Part shown: piece after piece, positions 26,501 to 38,671 of the stretch
How positions within the stretch are numbered: the stretch's first letter is position 1
Layout: each line of letters starts with the position of its first letter
Source: Mytilus californianus
Lineage: Eukaryota
Reading direction: 5' to 3'
Length of the DNA: 64,000 bases
Assembly: GCF_021869535.1 (NCBI RefSeq)
Contig: NW_026262690.1
Location: forward strand, 15,438,001-15,502,000
Notes under the pieces: generated by a model
What the model was told of the DNA's origin: nothing
What the model saw: only the letters and a program-made list of their open reading frames with translations
Databases searched by the model: none
Position numbers and translations under genes: made by a program

Positions 26501-28442
26501 AGTCATAGCTGTTGTATTTTATACGGAGATAAGTGTGATATTCTAATAGCATGCAACGCTAATTTTGATTGGATGACGTCTGCCATCAATTTCACCGTTG
26601 GTGGTCGGAGTCATTGGCAACAACGTTGCGCAATCGCAGTCGACATTTACGGGGTATTTGGAATGTTTAAATTTGAGCATTTTAAGAGTATTGCATTTTA
26701 AGAATTGAATGCTTCTTTTTGTAACTTCATTGGGGTGTAAAAGCGTTGACCGAAGTACATTTTGTATGAAGCGCGGAAGCGCTTCATTCTAAAAATGTGC
26801 GAACGGTCAACGCTTTTACAACCCTATGAAGTTACAAAAAGAAGCATTCAATACTTATAATTACATTTTTTAGCTAGGATCATTAAAAAACACGATTTTT
26901 ATCAATTTTTTATTCAATTTACCTGTGCACTTTATTGTGGGACCTCGTGTACTCATGAATGATAAATTTCATTGTGTAATGAAGTTGATTAAGGAATAAC
27001 GCGAGATTGCAGTTAGCCAATCAGAATAACGTATTATAATGAAACATACATCTAATGTAATTATTAGAATAAGGATAATAGTACTGTAGTTAAAGAGTTT
27101 TGACATTTGCAAATGCAGATTGTCGAGTTATCAACCAGAAACACGTTTTCTGCAATTATTTCTGTCTATATATAGTATCTTAGGCCTTTACCTCGGACAC
27201 AGAGATCCAATAAGGGTAGGATTCTTTCACTCATTATATATGACAATACATGTATATTAAAGATAAAAAAGAAGATGTGGTATGATTGCCAATGAGACAA
27301 CTCTCCACAAGAGACCAAATGACACAGAAATTAACTATAGGTCACCGTACGGCCTTCAACAATGAGCAAAGCCCATACCGCACAGTCAGCTATAAAAGGC
27401 CCCGAAATAACAATGTAAAACAATTCAAACGAGAAAACTAACGGCCTAATTTATGTACAAAAAATGAACGAAAAACAAATATGTAACACATAAACAAACG
27501 ACAACCACTATATTACAGGCTCCTGACTTGGGACAGGCACATACATACAGAATGTGGCGGGGTTAAACATGTTAGCGGGATCCCAACCCTCCCCCTAACC
27601 TGGGACAGTGGTGTAACAGTACAACATTAGAACGAACTCTAAAAATCAGTTGAAAGATTTGTTTTAATCCAAAGTCAGGTTCTAGAGATCCGGCTAATCC
27701 TTAAAATTTTCTGCATTATTTCGGGCGATTTTTGGTTCAATTACTTTAACCTCCGACGTAATGACCTCAAAATCAATATAAGTTTCTTCTTTTATTATAT
27801 GTGACCATTTATCAAAGACTTTGTAAGGATGGTGTTGGATAGAAGGTATTTGATAGCAAAAATAAAGATGACTTAATACGGACAGACGAACGTATAGACG
27901 GACTGACAAACCACAGAAGGGACGCCTAAAAATTATACACCTACTCCATCGTTGCTTTGAGTATAAAAAAAAATTGTAGTATTTTTATATTACGTGTTTA
28001 TATGCACAAAATACACACATCGTAAATTCGTATAAGTATTATTATACTTTCGCAGCAAGGGTTTGGTCATGCAAATTTAAACTCATTGTTCGTTTGCAAA
28101 CATGTGTGTTAGCGCTAACATGCACGTTTTACACCTACATGTATGTCTACATACATATGCACACAAGCATACACGTGTAAATGTGTGCATGTGAACGGAG
28201 CTAAAATATATGTGTTCTCTTGCCTATTAAATGGTTGTTAAAAAAATTCTTCTTCTAAAGGCAAACACTTAAATTCTGTCGGGTGATCACAATTATCCGA
28301 AGTTTCTGGGTAAAACTAAATAAGAACAATTGCAAATAATGTTGCCTCACCAATGCTGACGCCCATGTTGTTTGAGACCCAACAAAACCATAGCATTTCT
28401 GGTTACCATTGTACTTAACAAAACCAGAAGGACATCCTGATC
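20249..28442 (-). CDS. C-type lectin with an internal farnesoic-acid-O-methyltransferase-like (Methyltransf_FA) domain; partial model, exons 28351..28442, 22814..23026, 21867..22100, 20249..20511
   Basis: The exons encode CTLD N-terminus, FAMeT part 1, FAMeT part 2 and CTLD C-terminus in that order. A bridging phase 0-to-1 lectin exon and a first exon were not found intact, so the locus may be a pseudogene in this haplotype. Confidence 0.75.
21461..21640. repeat. 60-bp tandem repeat, 3 copies, in the lectin gene intron
   Basis: Units at 21461, 21521 and 21581. Confidence 0.9.
21867..22100 (-). CDS. Methyltransf_FA (FAMeT-like) domain exon 2
   Basis: tatttcacag|DCKQCAH...PLDCKNYSSFWVSWTNNVIKVGKG...NVNYVAFSTGFGATGKWKVKR. 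FWVSW and FSTG.G..G.W motifs present. The phase-1 donor (gtggtc) is weak, so the 3' boundary is uncertain. Confidence 0.85.
22814..23026 (-). CDS. Methyltransf_FA (FAMeT-like) domain exon 1
   Basis: ttttcatttttag|..SNYVISTENNYHYHYIMDNGIDVRGQTSISFEVMACNDAHIALSKDKGVDSRDTYEIVIGGWGDHQSVIR G|gtacgt. FxVxACNDAHI and YEIVIGGWG motifs present; phase 1-1. Confidence 0.92.
23571..23610 (+). ncRNA. Degenerate hammerhead-like motif of a second family
   Basis: gcgcac-CTGATGA-aaggttatttca-GAAAC-t-gtgcgt. Helix I strands (gcgcac/gtgcgt) are complementary; the helix III/cleavage region appears deleted. Confidence 0.45.
23855..24277 (+). repeat. 39-43 bp minisatellite, 9 full plus 2 partial units, one EcoRV site per unit
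   Basis: Unit ctgcgtaaCTGATGAagctactgtcaGAAACttttGATATC; lengths 41/41/39/41/39/41/41/43/41. Confidence 0.92.
25503..25548 (-). ncRNA. Degenerate hammerhead ribozyme, same family
   Basis: Minus strand gcgtct-TTGATGA-gtct tttgt agac-GAAA-tgcaag-TC-tggca. Helix II intact; C3 and helix III mutated. Confidence 0.5.
26700..26865. mobile_element. Hairpin MITE; truncated copy at 25715-25835 and another hairpin at 26303-26428
   Basis: attgaatgcttctttttgtaacttcat...atgaagttacaaaaagaagcattcaat. Confidence 0.7.
27265..27655 (+). repeat. Near-complete copy of the most abundant interspersed repeat (agaagatgtggtatgattgccaatgagacaact family)
   Basis: Fragments also at about 1975, 18225, 19560, 25200, 34745, 39400-39770, 40480, 43310, 49190 and 59210. 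Confidence 0.8.
28351..28442 (-). CDS. C-type lectin domain N-terminal exon
   Basis: ttctattttgtag|GA-SGCPSGFVKYNGNQKCYGFVGSQTTWASAL|gtgagg matches the CTLD start pattern CPxG..CY.F....W..A. Confidence 0.88.
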
Positions 28443-28817
28443 CTACAAAATAGAAATGCAGGAAGTTGTGGTGAATACGTCAAGTAAAGGTATTTATGAA
28501 CAATCTTTCTGTTATCTACTCGAGCTTAATCGTGTTAGTTGTAAAAGACAAAAACAGGTAACATTACCGTGACATAAAAAAGAATGTTTCGATTACACAA
28601 AAAAGTAAATTTTTCGTGACACCAAATAGTAAGGACCACTGGGGTTGATCGATGAATAGAAATTTGGTCATGCGGCAATAAAATCCATGCTGAAGAGGTG
28701 CATCTGTTTGGTTGTGCGGGATGTACATCGCAGCCGCAACCGATTAAAAAAACCGATTGATCAAATTTTCAGAGCATTCTTTTTTTTCATTCTGAATGTG
28801 CCTGAAATATTGGCCAC

Positions 28818-29222
28818 TAGAAGAGAGGCGAAGGATACCAAAGGGACTCATAAGTCGAAAATAAACTGACAACTCTATGGCTAAAAAAGAAAAAAGACAA
28901 ACGGATAAACAGATAAACAACAGTACACAAAACACAACATAGAAAACCAAAGACTGAGCAACACGAACTCCACCAAAAACTGGGGGTGATATCAGGTCCT
29001 CCGGAAGGGTAAGCAGATCCCGATCGCCACATGTGGCACCCGTCGTGTTGCTCATGTTAGTACAAACCCAGTGATAAATCTAATTCGGTAGGTCACATTT
29101 TGGGAAAAGGGGACGGGATTGTAGTTACAACAATTTGAACATATCCGTTGTCATCTTTGAAATGGAAATTCCTTAACGTCAACCAACTAGTAATGGCGTC
29201 CGTAAAATTTGCGAAGGGACGA
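28818..29222 (-). mobile_element. Non-coding 3' part of the same PLE-derived repeat as 52640-52960
   Basis: Reverse complement of ...cccttccggag...atcacccccagtttttggtgg...ttttcgacttatgag. Confidence 0.75.
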
Positions 29223-30008
29223 TTTAGAAGTTAGGTTAACAACAATTAATCAATCTAGAAGTAAAATTGTCGTGCCATCAGAAAATAACAATACAATGAA
29301 ACAACTTCAACATCAGTCACTGTACCACTAAAAATAGTATAATAATGACATCAAAGAGTATAACATATATCGTGTCGTCAATAAATAACATAACTTTGAC
29401 ACCAAATAGTGACTCTTTCGCCCCGTCAATATGCACCATTACAGCGACATCAAAGTGTAAATCCATCGTGCCGTCAGTCCACATCAAAAAGTAAATAATC
29501 GTGCCGTAAATGAGACACAATATCACTATTGATTTTTTGCGTGATAATTTTCCAACTACAGCTACTCAACTGATAATGTTTTTTCCTTCGCCCTTTGATT
29601 AGCTTGTAGCTGAACAACTTTCTTCCGGTTTCAAAACCATAGATAATCTTTTATCTTGCCTCCTATACTTTTCTAGGAATATGATTGGAGACCGTGTATA
29701 TTCCATATTGGGTTAGTAGGCGGGGCTTATTTCAATACACGGTTAGTAGTGGTGTTACGTCCCTTTATAAAAACAACACGGCGTTGAGGAAAAATCTTTA
29801 AGGTTTCAACAGACGAAGAAATTGATGATGAACGATTGAAATAAATTCATAACACACATTTAAAGCTAACAAGTTGTTATTGTTGGCATTTGCTTTTGTA
29901 TAGACCAACAGAAGTAGGTTCTTTATACTAACGGTATTGATGACTTGATCACTTTGATAGGCCACTAGTCTAAATACCACATGTTAAGATAGTCGGTAAG
30001 ATAAATTC

Positions 30009-30148
30009 GTTACATAGTGTGTTAGTGACCTAATACGATATATATGGGGCCAGTAAATTCCATATGGGGATTCGAGCTTCGCTCTCACCCCATATGGAAT
30101 TTACTGACCTCATATATATCGTATTAGGTCACTAGCACACTATGTAAC
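30009..30148. mobile_element. Short hairpin MITE with arms of about 60 bp
   Basis: gttacatagtgtgttagtgacctaatacg...cgtattaggtcactagcacactatgtaac; a related hairpin lies at about 46315-46420. Confidence 0.8.
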
Positions 30149-30374
30149 TAATAAAATTACACCAAAGAATAAGTTTGTCATGGCGTCAATATATTTCATT
30201 AAAACGACATCAGAGTAAATTTACTCGTGCCGTCAGAAAATAACGTTATGTTGACATCGATGAGTAATTCTATCGTGCCGTAACATTACAGGGATATTTT
30301 CAATACTAATCAATAAGTAAGGCATTTATCTTTTGCAATCATATACTAGTAACTATCTTAAAACAAAAACGTGA

Positions 30375-31333
30375 TACTGTGACTTGACTGTAAGTGTTGC
30401 TCGCAACCTATTGCAACTTATTCAAAATTCTGACCAAATTGCAATTTGTTTTATAAAACCAAACTGTTCAACTGGTCAGAAATTTGAACAAACTACTGTA
30501 GAAAACCACAGTCAAATCGTGGAAGTGCAAGGTGATAAAATAAAGCATACTTACAATCCTATAAGACTTTAATTCCACTTCAATGTTATATTGAAAAATC
30601 AGTCTAACAGTTTGAATAAATTTTTTATTGTTATTGTCATGCTAAAGGTGATGGGTAGTAATTTTGAATTGCTATAAAAATGTCCAAACTAAGCTTTCAT
30701 ACAATTTTTCTTTCGAAAAGTCTTCTATATTCATAAGAATCAGACATCATTTGAATTAAAACATTTTATATTCAGTAAAATATGTGTAAAATTACAATAC
30801 GTGTTTAGTAAGTTTCCATGGGAGATAATCAATTTTTCTTTCGAAAAGTCTTCTATATTCAAAAGAATAATGTTTTAGGTTATCTCCAAAGGAAACTTAT
30901 TAACAACGTATTGTAATTTCACATATATTTTACTGAATGTAAGATGTTTTAATTCAAATGATGTCTAATTCTTATGAATATAGAACACTTTTCGAAAGAA
31001 AAATTGTATGAAAGCTTAGTTTGGACATTTTTATAGCAATTCAAAATTACTACCCATCACCTTTAGCATGACAATAACAATAAAATTTCTATACAAACTA
31101 TTAGACTGATTTTTCATAATAAAATTGATGTGGAATTAAAGTCTTATGGGATTGTAAGTATGCTTTATTTTATCACCTTGCACTTTCACGACTTGACTGT
31201 GGTTTTCTACAGCAGTTTGTTCAAATTTCTGACCAGTTGAACAGTTTGGTTTTATAAAACAAATTGCAATTTGGTCAGAAATTTGTATAAATTGCAATTG
31301 GTGGAGAGCAACACTAACAGTCAAGTCACAGTA
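30375..31333. repeat. Large foldback: two 455-bp inverted arms with a 49-bp spacer
   Basis: 30375..30829 is the reverse complement of 30879..31333, with scattered mismatches. The mirrored ORFs 30384+ and 31136- reflect this. Confidence 0.93.
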
Positions 31334-31974
31334 ACATTAGATCGTTTTGCGTCGATTCATCTAAAATATGAATGAAAAGATTCAAGCAAACTTGTGTTTA
31401 ACTCTTAGTTAGTGTAGTCTTGACAAGCTTATAAGAAATGACTTATCAACAGAAGTGGACTTTAGCATGTATTATTTAAGACGTACCTAATTGTTGGGTT
31501 GACGTCTGGACTGTAATGAAAGTTATAATAAACCAAGTCTTCCACATAATCAAGTGTATTTGTCTTATCTTATTTAAATTCAAATATATAAACGAAACGT
31601 GATGTCCATAGATTATCGCATTGTTCAGAAAATAGAGACATACAATCTAAATGGTTTTGAAATCAACATTCTTCACACTTATTTTTGACATTTTAACCTA
31701 TTATGTCTGTTTGTTTTGTTCACACATTGTTGTCAATATAATGGAATTTTAAGCGACTGTCATACAAGTGAGAGGTTTAGCTAGCTATAAAACCAGGTTT
31801 AATCCACCATTTTCTACATAAGAAAATGCCTGTACCAAGTCAGGAATATGACAGTTGTTTTCCATTCGTTTGATGTGTTTGAGCTTTTGATTTTGCCATT
31901 TGATAAGGGACTTTCCGTTTTGAATTTTCCCTGGAATTCGGTATTTTTGTTATTTTGCTTTTTTCCATACAAAC

Positions 31975-32672
31975 GTGAGATCTGACAGTCGACAGACAGA
32001 TTATCTTCCATACATACTTGAGACCAAATAGTCGACAGAGAGAACAAACTCCCACACAGACGTCAGATCATACATCCAGCAGGGAGAACATTTCTACATA
32101 CAAAACGTCTACCTACAAACGTAAGATCAGATAGTCATCAGGGAGAACAATCTTTCATGTAGTTGTGAAATCAGAAAGTCGACAGGGAGAAAAATTCTCC
32201 ATACAGACGGGAGATCAGATAGTCGACAGGTAGAAAATACTTCCATACCGACGCGAGATCAGATAGTCCACAGGTAGAAAATACTTCCATACCGATGTGA
32301 GATCAAGTAGTCGACAGGAAGAACAATCGTCCATACAGACGTAAAATTAGGTAGTCGACAGAGAGAGCAGTCTTCCATACAGATGTGAGATTAGAAAGAC
32401 GACAGGGAGAACAATCGAAAATATTCCAGAAAAACATGTGAACAAATAGTTGACTGGGAGAACAATCTTCCATACCGACATGAGACCGTGTCATTCAGTC
32501 GTAAAACTTACTCGGTACTCGGAGTACAACATTTGAATTGATTGGTTGATTTCTGAATCTGAGTACGATAATCGTACTCAAAATGTTTATGACTGAAGCC
32601 ATGTAGTCGATAGAGAGTACATTCTTCCATACAGACACTAGATCAGATAGTCGACAGGGAGAACAATCATCC
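31975..32672. repeat. About 45-bp minisatellite with gtcgacagggagaac core
   Basis: Recurring gatagtcgacagggagaacaatcttccatacagacg; a reverse-oriented fragment lies at about 25635-25690. Confidence 0.85.
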
Positions 32673-32674
32673 AT

Positions 32675-35665
32675 GCTATATGACAACATACCATGAATGG
32701 AGGATAGGATTGATGGTTTGTTAGACACGCTAGTATGCTATATGGTGACATACCATGGGTGGATGATAGAGGTGAGGTGTATGAAAGATTAACTGGTATT
32801 CTATATGGCAATAAACTATGGATAAAGAATATGGTTGAATTGTTTGTAAGACTCACTGGTATGCTATATTGCTATAGATGCCACTGGAACTAGTCAATAG
32901 GACTAATCGCTATCATATATATATATACAAGTCTAAATTGAAAACAACGTTCAAACCTACGATTGCGTTGGATAAAAAACGCAATTTTTATACGTGTGCA
33001 TGCAAAACAAATTTTTGGTAGAGGGGTCTTAATACAGCACAAACAACATTTTCCAAAATACAAAAAAAAAAAATGCATTTGACTAGCAGGTCGAACAACG
33101 GATGTTCTTAAACGCTGCTGACTACAATGGCGATTGCCAAATAAACGGATCACCAGATGTAACAAAAGGATCTTAATTGTTAATTTAATACCAAACAGAA
33201 AACAATAAACTTGCGGAAAAGATGATATACCGCAAACATGAGGTGCAAACATTGGTACACCATATCCGGATTTCGACAATTAATGTCTCGTCAGTGATGT
33301 TAGGAATCGAAACGGTATTTGGAAGGCAATATTATTTACCTCAATTTAGGATTGACTCTTGAATTTTGAAGAGTCGGAATAGGATGAACGGATTATATAA
33401 ACCCGAAGGCAAATATGATACAAGCCCAAACTAAAAATATAAACAAGTCTAAATTGAAAACAACGTTCAAACCTATGATTGTGTTGGATAAAAACCGCAA
33501 TTTTTATACGTGTGCCTGCAAAATAAATTTCTTGGTAGAGGGGTCTAAATACATATATAAGTACGTCTAAACAAGTGACAACTCTACGACAAATCCATCC
33601 ATTGGATCACCAGTGAAGGTGATACACGGCTGAAAACGCATATTATATTCATAATTACTCTAAATATCAGCACAACAATGTTAAATCTGCAAATTTGCGG
33701 AAGCAAATTTTTGTTCTTCCCTCGCCGGGACTTGAAATCATGCTATTGGGATATCGAAAAAACACCGCCTGCACTGTGTCCAGCGCTCTAGATCACACGG
33801 CCACCTAGACTGAACTAAATATATATCTATATATGGCGACATACTGTATATAGAGGACAGTGTTGAGGGTTTGTAAGACTAATCAGTATAATATATGACG
33901 ACATACTATAGATAGAGAATATGGTTGAGTGTTCGTTAGACATACCATGGTTGGAGGATAAGGGTGACGGGACTTTGCAAGACTCACTGTTATGCTATTT
34001 AGCAACATATCTTAGGTGGAGAATATGGGTGAGGAAATTTGCAAGACTCACTGTAATGCTGTATGACAACATACCGTAGGTGGAGAATACGCAGTGAGGA
34101 GTTTTTAAGACTCACTATGATGCTATATGGCAGCATACCATAGGTGGGGAATAGGGGGTGAGGAGTTTGCAAGACTCACTGTAATGCTATATGGAAACAC
34201 ATCGTAGGTGGAGAATAGGGGATGAGGAGTTTTTAAGACTCAATGGTATGCTCTATGGCGACATGCCGTAGATAGAGAATAGGGATGATCGGTTTGCAAA
34301 ACGCACTGTATACTACGTAAATGGCAACAACCTGAAGGTGGAGAATAGGGGTGAGGGGTTTGCAAGACTCACTGTTTTGCTATATGGCAACATACCGTAG
34401 GTGGAGATTAAGGTTGAGGAGTTTGTAAGGCTCACTGTTATGCTATATGGCAACATACCGTAGGTGGGGATTACGGATAAAGAGATTGTAATACTCCCTG
34501 GTATGCTATATGACAACATGCCGTAGATTGAGTTATGCTATATGACAACGTGTCAAAGATGGAGAATAGGGATGAGGGGTTTGCAAGACTCACTTGTACA
34601 CTATATGGCAGCCTACCGTAGGTGGATAATAAGGGTGAGAAGTTTGTTAGATTTACTGTTATGCTATATGCCAATATATCGTAGGTGGAGAATAGGGTTG
34701 AGGAGTTTGTAAGACTCTCTGTTGTGCTCTATGGCAACATTGAATGTTTCATATATTTCATGTCGGGGACTATATGGTATTGGTTTTTCTTATTATTGAA
34801 GGCCGTACGGTTGACTATAATTGCTTACATCCACTTTATTTAACTTTGTTGGATAATTGTCTCATTGGAAATCATACCACATCTCCTTATTTTTATTTGT
34901 ATATGCTATATTGCAACATACCGTAGGTGGTGAATAGGGGTGAGGAGTTTGTTAGACTCACTGTTATGCTATATAGCAAAATACCGTAGGTGGTGAATAG
35001 GGGTGAGGAGTTGGTGAGACTTCATGTTATGCTATATAGACGACATACCGTAGGTGGTGAATAGGGGCGAGGAGTCTGTTAGACTAACTGTTATGCTATA
35101 TGACGACAAACCGTAGGTGGTGAATAGGGGTGAGGAGTCTGTTAGACTCACTGTTATGCTATATGACGACATACCGTAGGTGGTGAATAGATATGAGGAG
35201 TCTGTTAGACTCACTGTTATGCTATATTATGACATACCGTAGGTGGGGAATAGGGGTGAGGAGTTTGTGAGACTTCATGTTATGCTATATGACGACATAC
35301 CGTAGGTGGTGAATAGGGATGAGGAGTCTGTTAGACTAACTGTTATGCTATATTGCAACATACCGTAGGTGGGGAATACAGGTAATGAGTTTGTTAGACT
35401 TACTGATATGCTATATGAAGACATACCTTAGATGCAGGGTAAGTTTAATGAGTATGTAAGACACTGTATGTTATATGGCAACATACCGTAGGTGGAGAAT
35501 AGGGGTGAGGAGTTTGATAGACTCACTGTGTTGCTATATGGAAACATACCGTAGGCGGGGAATAGGGATGAGGAGGTTGTGAGACTTACTGATATGCTAA
35601 ATGACGACATACCTTGGATGCAGGGTAGGTATGAGGAGTATGTAAGACTCACAGTATGCCATATA
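32675..35665. repeat. About 61-bp minisatellite, interrupted at about 32890-33835 and 34742-34905
   Basis: Unit atgctatatggcaacataccgtaggtggagaataggggtgaggagtttgtaagactcactgtt. Confidence 0.9.
32915..33812 (-). mobile_element. tRNA-derived SINE inserted in a minisatellite
   Basis: Minus-strand head has an A-box-like tggccgtgtgatcta (33803-33789) and a B-box-like tttcaagtccc (33738-33728). Internal direct repeat of about 115 bp (32927-33040 / 33443-33555) and an (AT)n tail. Confidence 0.65.
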
Positions 35666-36021
35666 GCGAAATATCATCAATGGAGGAAAGGTGTTAAAAA
35701 AGGGGGGCTAACTTGACTTACAATATGTAAGAATTAATCTTGCAACTAAATATTTCATAAAACATCAACATAATATACTTGCAACGTGGGAATCATATTA
35801 TATTATTTGTGATTCTCCTGTGTTGACATGAAATATCATTGATGCAATCGTCTTCTGTAAGTTTACGGTTTATAAACATGATAAATGTAGAAGTATTCTT
35901 ATCCCTTTTTTAAAGGTTTTCTACCTCAGGCCTAGATGTCCGTAGCCGTATTTGGCAACTTTTATGGTTTTCAATGCTCTACAACTTTGTCATTGATTCG
36001 CCTTCTTACTGGTTATGATTC

Positions 36022-36066
36022 GAGCGCCACTGATGAGTCTTATATAAAAGAAACGCGCGTCTGATG
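36022..36066 (+). ncRNA. Degenerate minimal type I hammerhead ribozyme in a PLE-associated repeat
   Basis: gcgcca-CTGATGA-gtcttatataaaa-GAAA-cgcgcg-TC-tgatgt. All core nucleotides and the palindromic helix III are present; helix II is weakened. Confidence 0.65.
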
Positions 36067-37509
36067 TACCAAATTATAAGCCCTGGTATGTTTGATGAAT
36101 TTTTATCATATAGCTCTTTCCAAAACTCATTTCCGGAATCACGAATTTTTACTCTAAAATTACAATTTGAAGTTGGTAATCTCCCTTTACGGGTAGAAGA
36201 ACTGATTCGCGGTGACGAATTAGCGGGTTTTAATCCCTGTTGATTTAAAGATAATATTTGGTTTATATAAATATAGAAATTATTTATAGAATTTTGTTTT
36301 ACAACAAACTCGTTATCAAAAACGATTACAATGCTGGAAATGTTTGTAAACTAAAGAAAAACATTGTAAGACTCACCGTTGCTCTGCACTGCCCCGAACC
36401 AATATTCATACCAGTATACTTCCCAACAAGGGAAAGCACTCGTATTTAATTGTAATTTCAAATCAGATTCGGGCTTTCGGAGATAAGTTTCTAGAAAGTC
36501 CTATACATGATGAGCTAAACAGATCATCAGAGAATTCTACAACAGCCATTCCGCTGTAGATGGTAACTAGCAGCTATGCATTTATTTGTACTTAATTTGA
36601 ACACAAACGTTTTGATAGTAATGATGATTAAATCACAAAGTTTCAAGAACAAAAGGACAACCACAGGTAAAACAAACACATAACGATTCTTAATCACTCG
36701 TGGGAAGATACTGATTCTGTATATTTAACTTTTTAACTGGCAAATACAAAGGGGGTCGACCAAGTTCAACCCCGAGATTATACAGAACATTTAAAGTAAA
36801 ATAACACTTTAATTTATAAATTTCGTGCACAATTTTTAACAGACGGATTTGCAGATTTCATATCTCTATAGTGCTTAAACCAGGCTTTTAAGATCGAATT
36901 TATGGAGTTTCTTTATAGCTTCATTCAAGTTCCAAGTATATTCAATACCCATGTAGTCTTCGATACCCTTTAATGTTGTTTTACACATTCTAACGTATTA
37001 CAGACAATATTGGAAACTGACATTAATAGCCTTCCTCCCAAGTTAAATACAACTATTGTTTCGTTTTTGTTTATGCTTATATTTTGTTCTTTGTTCTGTT
37101 AACTTCAATACCCATGCAGTCTTTCATACCGTTAATTTTGTTTTACACATTCTAACGTATTACAGACAATATTGAAAGTAACATTAATAGCCTTTCTCCC
37201 AAGTTAAATGCAACTTTTGACTTGTTTTTGTTTGTTTTAAATTTGTTCTTTGTTCTAGTTTCAACACACAACTCCTTACAATATTTTTAAGCCTAGTAGT
37301 CAGCACTTCTGTGTTGACATGAATTATCATTGATGTGGTCATAATTAAAAATTAACTGTTCACAAAATTTTGAAGTTTCGAAATTCTGCGGATTTCCTAC
37401 CCCAGGAATATATAACCTTAGCTATATTTGGCAAAACCTTTAGGAATTTTGGGTCCTCAATGCTCTTCAACTTCGTACTTTATTTGGCATTTTTTCATTT
37501 TTCGATTCG

Positions 37510-37555
37510 AGCGTTATTGATGAGTCTTTTGTAGAAGAAACGCGCTTCAGGCGTA
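37510..37555 (+). ncRNA. Degenerate hammerhead ribozyme, same family
   Basis: gcgtta-TTGATGA-gtct tttgt agaa-GAAA-cgcgct-TC-aggcgt (C3 mutated). Confidence 0.5.
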
Positions 37556-38671
37556 CACAATTTTAATCCTGATATCTGTGATGAGTTTATTTACATATAT
37601 TGTTTTCTATGTTGAACACCCCATTAAGTATCAGATTACACACAAGGTTTTCTGAATATAATATCGTGGGTGCTGTGATCCAGCCATTTTTTAGCTACAG
37701 GTAGTCGGACATTTTTTTTAAAGCTGATTTTCAATGTTTATTCTTTATACAAGCTTCTGTAAATAAAGGCAACAGTAGTATACCGCTGTTTAATAGTCAT
37801 AATTCGATTAAGCAAAAACAAATCCGAGTAACAAACTAAAACCGAGGGAAACACATCAACTATAAGAGATAAACAACGGAACTACAGAAATACTGAACTA
37901 CAACAAAAGCAAACGCCAACATACATAGAAACGGACTGTCTGATAACAACTGCCATATTCCTGACTTGGTGCAGTATATTTTAAGAAAACAATGGTGGGT
38001 TAAACCTGGTTTTATGGCTAGCCAACTCTCTCGCTTATATGGCAATGTTAAAAAAACCCGCTAAAATGACATCACTACGTGACAGGAATACAGTACAAAC
38101 AAACGCAAGAACACTCAGCACAGATAAATACATAAATAAATAAGACAATAGTACATTACAACATGTAAACCGCAGAATAACAACGGACACCTCCCATAAA
38201 TTTACGACAGCACACCAGGACACCACAAACGAAATATAAACTTCGCGTCACATGAATGGATTTATATTGAGAAAACCATCACAAGTTTGGATAAGTGATT
38301 TTAGCTCAACATGCTAACTTGTGTTTAAATATTTTTAACAGAGAAGAAACCCAGGGACATAAGTTTAAAAAAAAGCAGACAACACAAGGATTGAAATGTA
38401 GAGCATCATAATTTTTAAAATCACCACTTTTCAGTTCATCAAATTCTCAGAAAAAAGTGTACTTCTTCTATGGCACTTCTGATAATCAAAGTAATCGAAA
38501 TCACTGAAGGAAAGGCTAGAAAAGGTGTGTGCATAATTTCAAATAATATTCTCAGGTATCGAGGTGAACAAAAAAAAAACGTCACTCTTGCATTAAAATC
38601 AGAAAGATAATTGTTGTTTCCCGTTGATGAAAGCAAGCTTGTCTACCTATTTTTTTATACGTTGATAATAC

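Noticed and set aside
36377-36445. Candidate signal-peptide first exon of the lectin gene (perfect ACG|gtgagt donor; IRVLSLVG and GAVQSN in different frames)
   Set aside because: No single frame has both an ATG and a hydrophobic core ending in the required phase; several mutations would have to be assumed.
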